64,000 bases of DNA from Pirellulales bacterium (GTDB lineage Bacteria > Planctomycetota > Planctomycetia > Pirellulales > PALSA-1355): assembly GCA_963733035.1 (NCBI GenBank), contig CAVTBU010000005.1, positions 2,208,001-2,272,000 of the forward strand, read 5' to 3'. This document shows, piece by piece, positions 1 to 8,634 of this stretch. The notes below the pieces were generated by a model. The model was given only the letters and a program-made list of their open reading frames with translations. It made no database searches and was not told the DNA's origin. Within the stretch, counting starts at the first letter, position 1. Each line of letters opens with the position of its first letter. Made by a program: the position numbers and the translations under genes.

Positions 1-2
1 TC

Positions 3-1305
3 GGAGAGCGGCCGGTTATCGTCGGTTCTGGGCCGGCCGGCGTGTTCGCGGCGTATTTCCTGGCCGAACAGGGTTATCGGCCCCTGGTGCTGGAACGCGG
101 CAAACCGGTGCGCGAGCGGATTCGCGACATGCACGCCTTCGATGCCGGCGGACCTCACAACCCCGAGAGCAACTACCTGTTTGGCGAAGGGGGCGCCGGC
201 ACGTTCAGCGACGGCAAGCTCACTTGCCGCTCGAGCGGACCGGACGTCGAGCGTGTACTCGAAATTTTCGCCGAGTGCAAAGGCAAGCCGTCCATCCTCT
301 ACGATCACCGCCCGCACCTGGGGAGCAACCGGCTGCCGGCGGTGGTTAAGGCGATTCGCGAACGGATCATCGCCCTGGGAGGCGAGTTTCGTTTCGATTG
401 CCGCGTCGAAGATCTCGACCTGGCCGACGGCTCCCTCCGCGGGCTGCTGACCTCCTCCGGCCGCATCGACACCACGCTCGCCGTGCTGGCCATCGGCCAC
501 AGCGCCCGCGATACCTACGAGATGCTGTTTCGCCACGGGCTGCCGATGGTGCAAAAGCCGTTTCAGCTCGGTCTGCGAATCGAGCAGCCGCAGCAGCAGG
601 TCAATCGCGCCCAGTACGGCGCCGCGCGGCTGGAAGAAAAGCTCGGCTCGGCCGATTACTCGCTGGTGGCCAAGGGCAAGCACAACGTGTTTTCGTTTTG
701 CATGTGCGCCGGCGGCTACGTCATGCCCAGCGTCTCGGAGCCGGGCTACTTCTGCACCAACGGCATGAGCCTCTCCAAACGCGACTCCCCCTACGCCAAC
801 AGCGGCCTGATGGTGACCCTGGAGCCCGAGCACTTCGGCTCCACCCACGTGCTGGCCGGCATGCAGTTGCAGCGCCTGTACGAACACCGCGCCTACGAAG
901 CGGGCCGCGACTACGAGTGCCCGATCCAACGCGCCGACGACTTCATTTCGCGCCGCGCGACCAAGGGCTCACCCAAGTCGAGCTACCCGCGGGATGTCAT
1001 TGCGACGGAACTCGACGGTCTGGTGCCGCCGCTGGTGGCGCAAGCTATTCGCCGGGCACTGCCGATATTGGACGAGCGTTGGCGGGGTTTGTTCCTGCGC
1101 GATGCGACGCTAGTCGGCCCCGAAGCCCGGGGCAGTGCCCCGGTCCGCTTCGAGCGCGACGTGCAAACCCTGGAGAGCCCCGGCGTCCGCGGCCTCTACC
1201 CCATCGGCGAAGGAGCCGGCTACGCCGGCGGCATCGTGAGCGCGGCGCTGGATGGACTGCGCAGCGAAATCGATCATCGCCCGGTTTGCGCCGCTGGAGC
1301 GGTAA
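3..1305 (+). CDS. FAD-dependent oxidoreductase (uncharacterised FAD-dependent dehydrogenase family). 5'-truncated by the window edge, with an apparent frameshift near 1265.
   Basis: The frame from base 3 reads GERPVIVGSGPAG (GxGxxG). Other motifs are FGEGGAGTFSDGKL, FCMCAGG and YPIGEGAGYAGGIVSAALDG. The natural C-terminus KSIIARFAPLER* (TAA 1303-1305) lies in another frame after LRS. Confidence 0.8.
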
Positions 1306-1785
1306 GGCTGCGGGCATCGCCTAAAAGCCCCGGAGCGGCTAAACACCGTGCGGCAGTTTTTTGACAGTGTCTCTGCACCTTCGCGTGCTCCGCATTGAAA
1401 CCCTCTTTACCCTCTGTGTGTTCTGTGGCGATTCGAAAACTTTCCTTGAAATCAAGCCACCCTTTCCCGCAAAATGCCTCTCGGTCTGGCGGACAGGCTT
1501 GGATCACGCGGAGTGTAGCATTCCGCAACGCGGGGAGGTCTTGGCCCCGTGCTTGGGGCGCTCTTGCCTGGCGATGGGTACCAGTCGCTCGGCAAAAAGC
1601 GTCTCGTTGATTCACGCCGCTCCGATCGTGCTGTTGGATTCCGGAATCCCGGCATGTGGGAGTCGCTTCCCCAGGCTTTGTCCGCTCGTGTTTGAGAGGC
1701 TGTCCGGCCGCGTGAGGGGTGGACGTGGCAATGCCGGACGGTGTGGCGTCTCAAATGAGTGACGGGTATCGTCCCGGCTGCATAA

Positions 1786-1867
1786 GCTGCTCTTTGGTCG
1801 ATGGCCGAGGAGTGATCACGTGTCTAACCAACTTTAAAGACCAATCCCGGCTCGACCAAAGAGCAGC
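1786..1867. repeat. Perfect 16-bp inverted repeat forming a long stem-loop
   Basis: GCTGCTCTTTGGTCGA (1786-1801) and its exact reverse complement TCGACCAAAGAGCAGC (1852-1867). The stem can extend inward via GCCGAGGA/TCCCGGC. Confidence 0.85.
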
Positions 1868-2066
1868 CGCACCAAACTTTTGTGTTGGTTCTGTCTGGCA
1901 ATGCGCGCTCAACTTGCGCGCTTCGTTTGCGCGCTGGAGCAGGGTCGAATTTTAACGCAAAGGTGCAGAGAAGACAAAAAACAAGAGAAGCAGATTGGCC
2001 ACTGACCTTCCCCACGATTCGTGGCGCGCGACAGAACTGGCATAATGCCGGTGAAAGGAGCGTGTC

Positions 2067-2348
2067 ATGGGTCGTCGAGTGTATTCGCGTGAGTTCAAGG
2101 TGTCGGCGGTCAAGTTGGTGAACCAGCAGGGCTATACGGTCGTGGAGGCGGCCAAGAGCCTGGGCGTGGACGCCGCCTCGATCCGCAATTGGCTGAAGAA
2201 GTTCGGGCCGGAAGTGGGCGTCAGCGCGAGCGGTGACTCGGCTTTGCGGGCGGAACTGCGGCGGCTGCGGGAGGAGAACAAGCGGCTCCTCATGGAGCGT
2301 GAGATTTTAAAAAAAGCGACGGCCTTCTTCGCCAAGCACCAGCCCTGA
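2067..2348 (+). CDS. IS3 transposase OrfA (HTH)
   Basis: RRVYSREFKVSAVKLV...AAKSLGV...IRNW HTH, leucine-zipper-like ELRRLREENKRL, and ending ILKKATAFFAK typical of IS3 OrfA. Confidence 0.92.
   Translation: MGRRVYSREFKVSAVKLVNQQGYTVVEAAKSLGVDAASIRNWLKKFGPEVGVSASGDSALRAELRRLREENKRLLMEREILKKATAFFAKHQP
2309..2316 (+). promoter_or_regulatory. -1 programmed ribosomal frameshift slippery site (A7G)
   Basis: TTTT-AAAAAAA-G at the end of orfA contains the A_AAA_AAG heptamer known from IS3-family elements. Confidence 0.85.
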
Positions 2349-2371
2349 GATTCGCGTTCATCAAGGATCAC

Positions 2372-3352
2372 ATGCGGGAGTTTCCGGTGAACGTGATGTG
2401 CCGAGTTTTGCAGGTAACCAGGAGCGGTTACTACGCCTGGTGGAAGCGTGCGCCGAGCGTAACCGCCGAGCGGCGGGCGAAGCTGACCGACCAGATCCGC
2501 CGCGTGCACGAGCGGAGCCGCGCGGTGTACGGCTCGCCGCGCGTGCATCGCGACCTGATCGCAGAAGACGTTCGCTGCTCGAAGAACACGGTGGCCAAGC
2601 TGATGCGTGCCGCCGGTCTGCGTTCGAAAATGCATCGCCGGTTCCGCGTCCGGACGACCGAAAGCCGTCACGCCCATCCGATCGCTCCGAACCGGCTGAA
2701 TCGGGCGTTTTGCCAGCCGCAGCCCGATCGGGCCTGGGCGGCCGACATCACGTACGTCCGCACGGCCGAGGGCTGGCTGTACTTGGCGGTCGTGATCGAC
2801 TTGTGTTCGCGGAAGATCGTGGGCTGGGCCACCAGCGATTCGCTGGCTGCGGACTTGTGCTTGCGGGCGCTGCGGTTGGCGATCGAGCAGCGGCGGCCGC
2901 AGAACGAGGTGTTGCATCACAGCGATCGGGGCGTGCAGTACGCCTGCGACGACTACCAGGGCTTGCTCACGCGGTATGGCCTGCAAGCCAGCATGAGTCG
3001 CCGTGGCAACTGCTACGACAATGCCGTCGCGGAAAGCTTCTTCGGCACGCTGAAGACGGAGCTGGTGTATCACGAACAGTACACGACTCAAGAGGTCGCT
3101 CGACAAAGCCTGTTTGAATACATCGAAGTGTTCTACAATCGTCGTCGGCGTCATTCGTCGCTGGGGCACTTGAGCCCGGTGGAGTACGAAGAAAGCCTCG
3201 CCAGCGGCGCCCCAGCCTTCCGGCGGACTCTGGCAGATACCGCTCTCCAAGCATCATCCGCCCACGAGCACCGCGACCGCGCAAGACCCGCGAAGGGTCT
3301 CGCGGGTCGCCAACCCAATACCCCAAACTCAAACCCAATGTCCAACAAATAA
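2372..3352 (+). CDS. IS3 transposase OrfB (DDE/rve); fused to OrfA by -1 frameshift
   Basis: WAADITY, HHSDRGVQY and DNAVAESFF DDE motifs, plus FYNRRRRHSSLG. Lies in the -1 frame relative to orfA. Confidence 0.93.
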   Translation: MREFPVNVMCRVLQVTRSGYYAWWKRAPSVTAERRAKLTDQIRRVHERSRAVYGSPRVHRDLIAEDVRCSKNTVAKLMRAAGLRSKMHRRFRVRTTESRHAHPIAPNRLNRAFCQPQPDRAWAADITYVRTAEGWLYLAVVIDLCSRKIVGWATSDSLAADLCLRALRLAIEQRRPQNEVLHHSDRGVQYACDDYQGLLTRYGLQASMSRRGNCYDNAVAESFFGTLKTELVYHEQYTTQEVARQSLFEYIEVFYNRRRRHSSLGHLSPVEYEESLASGAPAFRRTLADTALQASSAHEHRDRARPAKGLAGRQPNTPNSNPMSNK

Positions 3353-3477
3353 CCCCACAGCGCGCCCACCAAACGTGGGTAGGTTCACCACATCGTATCT
3401 CGATCTTGCGCGGCTTTTTTCAGCCGCACACCCAGGCCGACTACGCGCCGCTGGACATCTAACACGGCCTAATTGCG

Positions 3478-4101
3478 TTATTGACCGACTACAGGAACTT
3501 CTGCAAGCTGGAGAAATGATACCCAGACTTCGCGCGTCTCGTCCGTGATGCCGCAGGGAACAATCTGTCGAAGCCAAGAGAGCCAGCGACTGCGATTCGA
3601 ACATTGCAATAGAACGACCTTCCGGCGAAGAAAGATCTTCGAAAACCCAGTCGCCTTCCGGATCGTACCTACCTGCCATTGGCAGTCACTGAGGTCGTAA
3701 GTGAACGACGACGCACTGCGTCTACCTATGGTTAGCTTCCCATCCTCGAGCGCAACGATGCAGCGACACATTTTTGAATTGACATAGATGCCGCCGACTC
3801 TTAGCAAGAACACAACGAAACACACCGCAAGCCCAAATAGCGCCCCCACCCAGGCATCTTTGGAGGTCCAGACAATGACGCCCACAACAATCAGAGATAG
3901 GAAGGCAAACGCGAATAGTTGATCACGAATGAGCTCCCTCGGACTCAGTGTCACGGATTCCCGAAGAACAGATGACTCGCTGGCATACCGCTGCAGCAAG
4001 GGTGACGCACCGGCCACGCAGGATTGGCAGTAATCTTTGCCATCCCAAAGGCGAATCGCCAAGTCGTCGGCAAGCTGGTGATAGCACTTCGAGCAATACA
4101 C
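3478..4101 (-). CDS. Hypothetical membrane protein with an N-terminal CxxC...CxxC zinc-finger-like segment
   Basis: 207-aa ORF with CSKC...CQSC followed by two hydrophobic helices. GC is lower than neighbouring genes (about 50% in the line at 3781). Confidence 0.6.
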   Translation of the reverse strand: MYCSKCYHQLADDLAIRLWDGKDYCQSCVAGASPLLQRYASESSVLRESVTLSPRELIRDQLFAFAFLSLIVVGVIVWTSKDAWVGALFGLAVCFVVFLLRVGGIYVNSKMCRCIVALEDGKLTIGRRSASSFTYDLSDCQWQVGTIRKATGFSKIFLRRKVVLLQCSNRSRWLSWLRQIVPCGITDETREVWVSFLQLAEVPVVGQ

Positions 4102-4287
4102 TTGCCTGCCTCCGACGGCGCAGTGCCCCGTAAATCCTGCCTAGCGAGAGATCGATTTCGCATCTACTCGTATTTTACCGCCGCAACTCACGACATGCAG
4201 GCATCCGAAGGCAGTAGAAACGAGGGTCTGCACCGACCCCGGGGTTCCGACGCGGAGGGCGACGCCTGGCGAAATGCACCGAAGTCG

Positions 4288-4545
4288 CTACGCGCTCGCC
4301 CGCAAGGGGTCGTAGACTTCAACGCGGTTGACGACCGCCTGCACCCCTTCGACGCGGGCGACGATGGCCTCGGCGAACTCTTTGAGCTGGCCATGGGGCA
4401 CGCGGCCGATGAGCGTCAGCACTCCCGCATCGACCTGGCAGCGCAGGGCTCGCAGGAAGTAATAGGGGCTTTCGCGGAGGCGCCGTTCAGCGGCCTGGCC
4501 GATGGCCGTGGCGTCGCAATTAGTTTGTAGAGAAAGTATGGTCAT
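4288..4545 (-). CDS. Small BON-domain protein
   Basis: GVLTLIGRVP...AEAIVARVEGVQAVVNRVEV is a BON consensus. Start taken at MTILSL. Confidence 0.8.
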   Translation of the reverse strand: MTILSLQTNCDATAIGQAAERRLRESPYYFLRALRCQVDAGVLTLIGRVPHGQLKEFAEAIVARVEGVQAVVNRVEVYDPLRASA

Positions 4546-4682
4546 CGTGGGCGGCCCTCGGTTAGATTTGCCCGAGGTACCAGCGGCCCGGGGGAAACGT
4601 ATTTCAACCTCTATCGACCGTTGCGTGCGGAAAGTTAACTGCGCCTTTGGCCCGCGACAAGCGCGACTGCGAGTTTCGTACC

Positions 4683-5822
4683 ATGAAAAACTACCCGGCG
4701 ATCGTATTGGGCGTGGGGGGCGTTGGCAGTGCCGCGCTCTACCACTTGGCACGCCGCGGCGTTGCAGCGCTGGGCATTGAGCAATTCGACCTGGGGCACG
4801 ATCGCGGCAGTTCACACGGACAGACCCGGCTGATCCGACAAACCTATTTTGAGCATCCCGACTACGTTCCGCTGGTGCGAAGAGCATTCGATGGTTGGCG
4901 TGCGCTACAGGATGCCGTCGGTGAGCGGCTGTATCACGAGGTGGGGCTCTTGCAGATCGGGCCGCCAGAGGGGGAAGTGATGCGGGGCGTGCGGCAAAGC
5001 GCCCGGCAACACGACGTGCCGATCGAGAATCTATCTGCCGGTGAGACCGAACGCCGCTTCCCGGGCTTGCGCGTTCCCGAGGATTGTGACGCGGTGTACG
5101 AAACGCAGGCTGGCTACCTGCGGGTTGAACGGTGCGTGCTGGCGCATGCCAACGAGGCCGTGCGGCTAGGCGCCCAGTTACATACCGGTGAAACCGTGCG
5201 GGCCTGGCGTGCCGAGGGTTCGGGCGCGGTCATCGAGACCGATCGCGATCACTACGCCGCCGATCGTCTGATCGTTACGGCAGGTGCGTGGTCGGCGGCG
5301 CTATTGGCCGATCTGGGCGTTCCGCTGGAAATTCGCCGCAAGCCGTTGTATTGGTTTGGCACTGGCAGTGACGTGTATCGCGCCGAACAGGGCTTTCCGG
5401 GCTTTCTGTATGACTTGCCCGAGGGCTGCTTTTACGGTTTTCCGCAGATTGACTCGGCGGGCATCAAGGTAGCCGAGCATAGTGGCGGCCGCGTGGTTGC
5501 CGATCCGCTGTCGGTCGATCGCGAAGTGGATGCGGAAGACCAGGCCCGGGTGGCAGGTTTCGTCAAGCGGCACCTCGTGCAGGCGACGACTGAGTGCCTG
5601 GGCCACGCGGTTTGCATGTACACGATGAGCCCTGACGGCCATTTTCTGGTCGACGTTCACCCGCGTCATCCGCAAGTAGCGCTGGCGGCCGGGCTTTCCG
5701 GGCATGGATTCAAATTCGTGGGCGTGTTGGGGGAGGAGCTCGCCCGGCTGGCGTGCGAGGGCCAGGTCGACGCGAAGGCGAAATTCCTCGGTCTCGGCCG
5801 TGAAAGTCTCCACCGGGTGTGA
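4683..5822 (+). CDS. solA: Monomeric sarcosine oxidase / N-methyl-L-tryptophan oxidase family flavoprotein
   Basis: GVGGVG, GSSHGQTRLIR, CMYTMSPDGHF (FAD-linking Cys position) and GLSGHGFKF. Confidence 0.85.
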   Translation: MKNYPAIVLGVGGVGSAALYHLARRGVAALGIEQFDLGHDRGSSHGQTRLIRQTYFEHPDYVPLVRRAFDGWRALQDAVGERLYHEVGLLQIGPPEGEVMRGVRQSARQHDVPIENLSAGETERRFPGLRVPEDCDAVYETQAGYLRVERCVLAHANEAVRLGAQLHTGETVRAWRAEGSGAVIETDRDHYAADRLIVTAGAWSAALLADLGVPLEIRRKPLYWFGTGSDVYRAEQGFPGFLYDLPEGCFYGFPQIDSAGIKVAEHSGGRVVADPLSVDREVDAEDQARVAGFVKRHLVQATTECLGHAVCMYTMSPDGHFLVDVHPRHPQVALAAGLSGHGFKFVGVLGEELARLACEGQVDAKAKFLGLGRESLHRV

Positions 5823-5900
5823 TAGGGTAACAGGATTACGGTAAGCATTTCCCCGGCCCAGCCGGGTTTTGGTCCTTCGAATAGCCCGGAGCCGCACAGC

Positions 5901-7220
5901 ATGTCGTACCTCACCGATCGTCGTCGTTTCTTGAAGACCACGGCCCTGACGGGCGTGGGCGTGTTTGTGTCGGGTACGGCCGCAGCCGAAAGCACCTCGC
6001 CGAACGAAAAACTCCGTTTTGGCTGCATCGGCGTCGGTGGCAAGGGACGTAGCGATTCGGCCGACGCGCGGCGTGGTGGTGACGTCGTGGCCATTTGCGA
6101 CGTTGACGATCAAACCCTGGCAACCGCCGGCAACAAGACATTTCCAAAGGCAACACGATTTAACGACTTCCGCAAGATGCTCGACGAGATGGAAGGCAAG
6201 ATCGACGCCGTGACGGTGAGCATTCCCGATCATATGCACGCGGCGGCCACGGCCATGGCCATGCGCAAGGGAATGGCCTGCTACACGCAAAAGCCGCTTA
6301 CCCGCACCATCTACGAAGCCAGGCGATTGGGCGACATTGCCCGCGAAACCAAAGTCGCCACGCAGATGGGCAACCAGGGAACGAGCTTTCCTGGCTTGCG
6401 CAAGACCGTCGCGGCACTTCGAGCGGGCGTGATCGGCGACGTGCAAGAAGTCCATGTTTGGACGAATCGCCCCCACTGGGCCTGTGGTTGTCCGCGGCCG
6501 GCCGAAGCGCCGATTCCCGAGAACGTGCATTGGGATCTGTGGCTGGGCACGGCGCCCGAGCGTCCTTATGCACCGGGCTATCACCCGAACTCGTGGCGCG
6601 GCTGGTGGGATTTTGGCTCCGGCGCCCTGGGCGATATGGCCTGCCACACTGTGAACATGCCCTACATGGCCCTCGAGCTGCGCGATCCGACGAGCGTGCA
6701 AGCCACCACGTCGGGGCACAACCGCGACAGCTTCCCCAAGTGGTCGATCATCAACTTCGAGTTCCCCGCCAACGACAAGCGCCCCGGCGTGAAGATGACC
6801 TGGTACGACGGAGGTCAGAAGCCCGCAGCCGATCTATTCGGCCGCGAGCCAATGACCCAGACCGGCGTGCTCATGATTGGCGAAAAAGGGAAGCTGTTCG
6901 CCAAGGGCGACTACTGCGAATTCGGTTACGTGTTGATCGACTGCGACGACGTCAAGCTCGAGTACCCGAGAGTGATTAATCACTTCTCGGAGTTCATCAA
7001 GGCGATCAAGGGCGGCCCGGTCGCGACGTCAAACTTCCCCAACTACTCCGGGCCGCTCACCGAAACGATCTTGCTGGGCAATCTGGCAGTGTGGGCCGCC
7101 CCCGACCCGGAATCGCCCGGCAAAAAGGTCGAGTGGGACGCTCGGAACATGGTGGCCACCAATGCCCCGGAATTGTCGGGCGTGATTAAGCCGCAATATC
7201 GGACGGGCTACGAGCTGTAA
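5901..7220 (+). CDS. Tat-exported Gfo/Idh/MocA family oxidoreductase
   Basis: RRRFLK twin-arginine signal, IGVGGKG, PDHMHA, YTQKPL and GALGDMACH. Confidence 0.9.
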   Translation: MSYLTDRRRFLKTTALTGVGVFVSGTAAAESTSPNEKLRFGCIGVGGKGRSDSADARRGGDVVAICDVDDQTLATAGNKTFPKATRFNDFRKMLDEMEGKIDAVTVSIPDHMHAAATAMAMRKGMACYTQKPLTRTIYEARRLGDIARETKVATQMGNQGTSFPGLRKTVAALRAGVIGDVQEVHVWTNRPHWACGCPRPAEAPIPENVHWDLWLGTAPERPYAPGYHPNSWRGWWDFGSGALGDMACHTVNMPYMALELRDPTSVQATTSGHNRDSFPKWSIINFEFPANDKRPGVKMTWYDGGQKPAADLFGREPMTQTGVLMIGEKGKLFAKGDYCEFGYVLIDCDDVKLEYPRVINHFSEFIKAIKGGPVATSNFPNYSGPLTETILLGNLAVWAAPDPESPGKKVEWDARNMVATNAPELSGVIKPQYRTGYEL

Positions 7221-7400
7221 TGCCGCAACATTCGGCGACGTGGGACACTTTGTCGCCAGAAACGCGGCCGGATATTTTGACACTTCTACCCAGACTGAAC
7301 ATACTTGGTAGAGTGAGCAGATTTCCCATTGTCCGAGGTACCGGTCGGCCGTTTTGGCAGGCGGTCGCGGGTGCCTGTCTGGCCCGGCGAAGTGTTTGAT

Positions 7401-8555
7401 ATGCACCTTTTCCTGCGTCTTACGGGTTTGGCCGCACTTGTGGTTTTCATCGTTGCGGGCAGTCAGTCCGCGCGGTTGTTGGCTCAGGAGCAGGTCGAAG
7501 ATACCGTCGTTGCCGATGACGGCGACTCCCGACCTCTGTTCGAGCGTCTGGAGGCAAAATCCGAGCCAGCCGTCGAAGCGGATGTTGCTGGCGACGCCGA
7601 ACCGGAAAAAGGCATTCGGCCACGGGCTAAGAATCGCTTTGCGGTGCCCGACCCAGCGCTCGAACTGACCGATCCTCGTGACTACCAATTGAAGATTGGA
7701 ATTCGCATTACGGCCACCGAGAGCGCCGTGAAAAACATCGCGGCCACGGTCCCCATTCCGATGGAATGGCCCGAACAGCACATCCGCCTGGTCAGCAAGA
7801 AAATGAGTCCACACGGGCGGACGAGCGAACACGTAAAGCCCGGTCAGGCAGCATATTTGAAGTTCCAGGTGGCGCAAATTCCCAAGGGCGAATCGGCGTT
7901 TGTCGAGTTGCTCTACGACGTCAGGCGCTACCGCGAGAAGTTCAAGCTGCCGCCCGACGAACTCAATTTGCCGCGCAATATACCGCCTGAGCTGCGCGAC
8001 CAGCTAAGCGGCACGTCGCCAGGGATGGAAATCCAGAATCAAAAGATGATCGACCTGGCCAACATGCTTACCGGCACCAGCCGCGACGAAGGCGCCTGGC
8101 AGACAGCCAAGTCGTTTTGGAGCTGGACGCGAGACAACGTAAAGTTCGAAAACGGCGACTTCCGTGGCGCAATGCATGCCATCGAACAGCGCTGCGGCGA
8201 CTGCGAGGAAATGAGCGCGCTGTTCGTCGGCTTGTGCCGGCTCTCAAACATTCCCGCCCGTACCGTGTGGGTTCATTCCCACGACTATCCGGAGTTCTAT
8301 CTCGTCGATAAGCAAGGGAAGGGACATTGGATTCCCGTGCAGGTGCTGGGACCTGCCTGGTTCGGCGAAATGGCCGAATATCGCCCGATTCTGCAAAAGG
8401 GCGACCGATTCTTTGATCCGTTGAAGAAGGAATACGTTCGCTACGTGCCGCAAACGGTGCGGGGCACCGACGCCAAGAGCCTGCCGCACGTGGAGTTCAC
8501 GCACGAAATCATCGCCGACTCCGATATCAACGGACCCGGCTATGGCACGCAGTGA
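7401..8555 (+). CDS. Exported transglutaminase-like domain protein
   Basis: Signal-like N-terminus, then GDCEE (Cys), IPARTVW, HDYPEFY (His) and WIPVQ. Confidence 0.8.
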   Translation: MHLFLRLTGLAALVVFIVAGSQSARLLAQEQVEDTVVADDGDSRPLFERLEAKSEPAVEADVAGDAEPEKGIRPRAKNRFAVPDPALELTDPRDYQLKIGIRITATESAVKNIAATVPIPMEWPEQHIRLVSKKMSPHGRTSEHVKPGQAAYLKFQVAQIPKGESAFVELLYDVRRYREKFKLPPDELNLPRNIPPELRDQLSGTSPGMEIQNQKMIDLANMLTGTSRDEGAWQTAKSFWSWTRDNVKFENGDFRGAMHAIEQRCGDCEEMSALFVGLCRLSNIPARTVWVHSHDYPEFYLVDKQGKGHWIPVQVLGPAWFGEMAEYRPILQKGDRFFDPLKKEYVRYVPQTVRGTDAKSLPHVEFTHEIIADSDINGPGYGTQ

Positions 8556-8634
8556 GTTGGCAAGTAAGGCCGGTAGCTTCGCCCCCTTGCTGGTTCGATA
8601 AGCGAACACGCTTCAGTTAGGTCTCTTTAGGCCC

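Larger units (their letters stand above)
2003..3387 (+). mobile_element. Complete IS3-family insertion sequence
   Basis: IRL TGACCTTCCCCACGATTCGTGGCGCG starts at 2003. IRR reverse-complements to TGAACCTACCCACGTTTGGTGGGCGCG and ends at 3387, giving TG...CA ends. CCAC is directly repeated at 1999-2002 and 3388-3391. orfA/orfB organisation. Confidence 0.95.

Noticed and set aside
1822..1890. Integron attC site (GTCTAAC matches RYYYAAC)
   Set aside because: No matching downstream GTTRRRY, no cassette ORF ending there and no integrase.
1741..1930. 6S RNA or retron msr-msd
   Set aside because: I could not build a 6S-like closing stem and central bubble, and there is no reverse transcriptase in the window. 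Kept only as an unexplained hairpin.
2132..3250. 372-aa ORF antisense to the transposase, and many other long antisense ORFs (e.g. 5301-6719, 18238-19509, 52181-53323)
   Set aside because: Shadow ORFs typical of high-GC coding DNA, with no motifs and fully overlapping well-supported genes.
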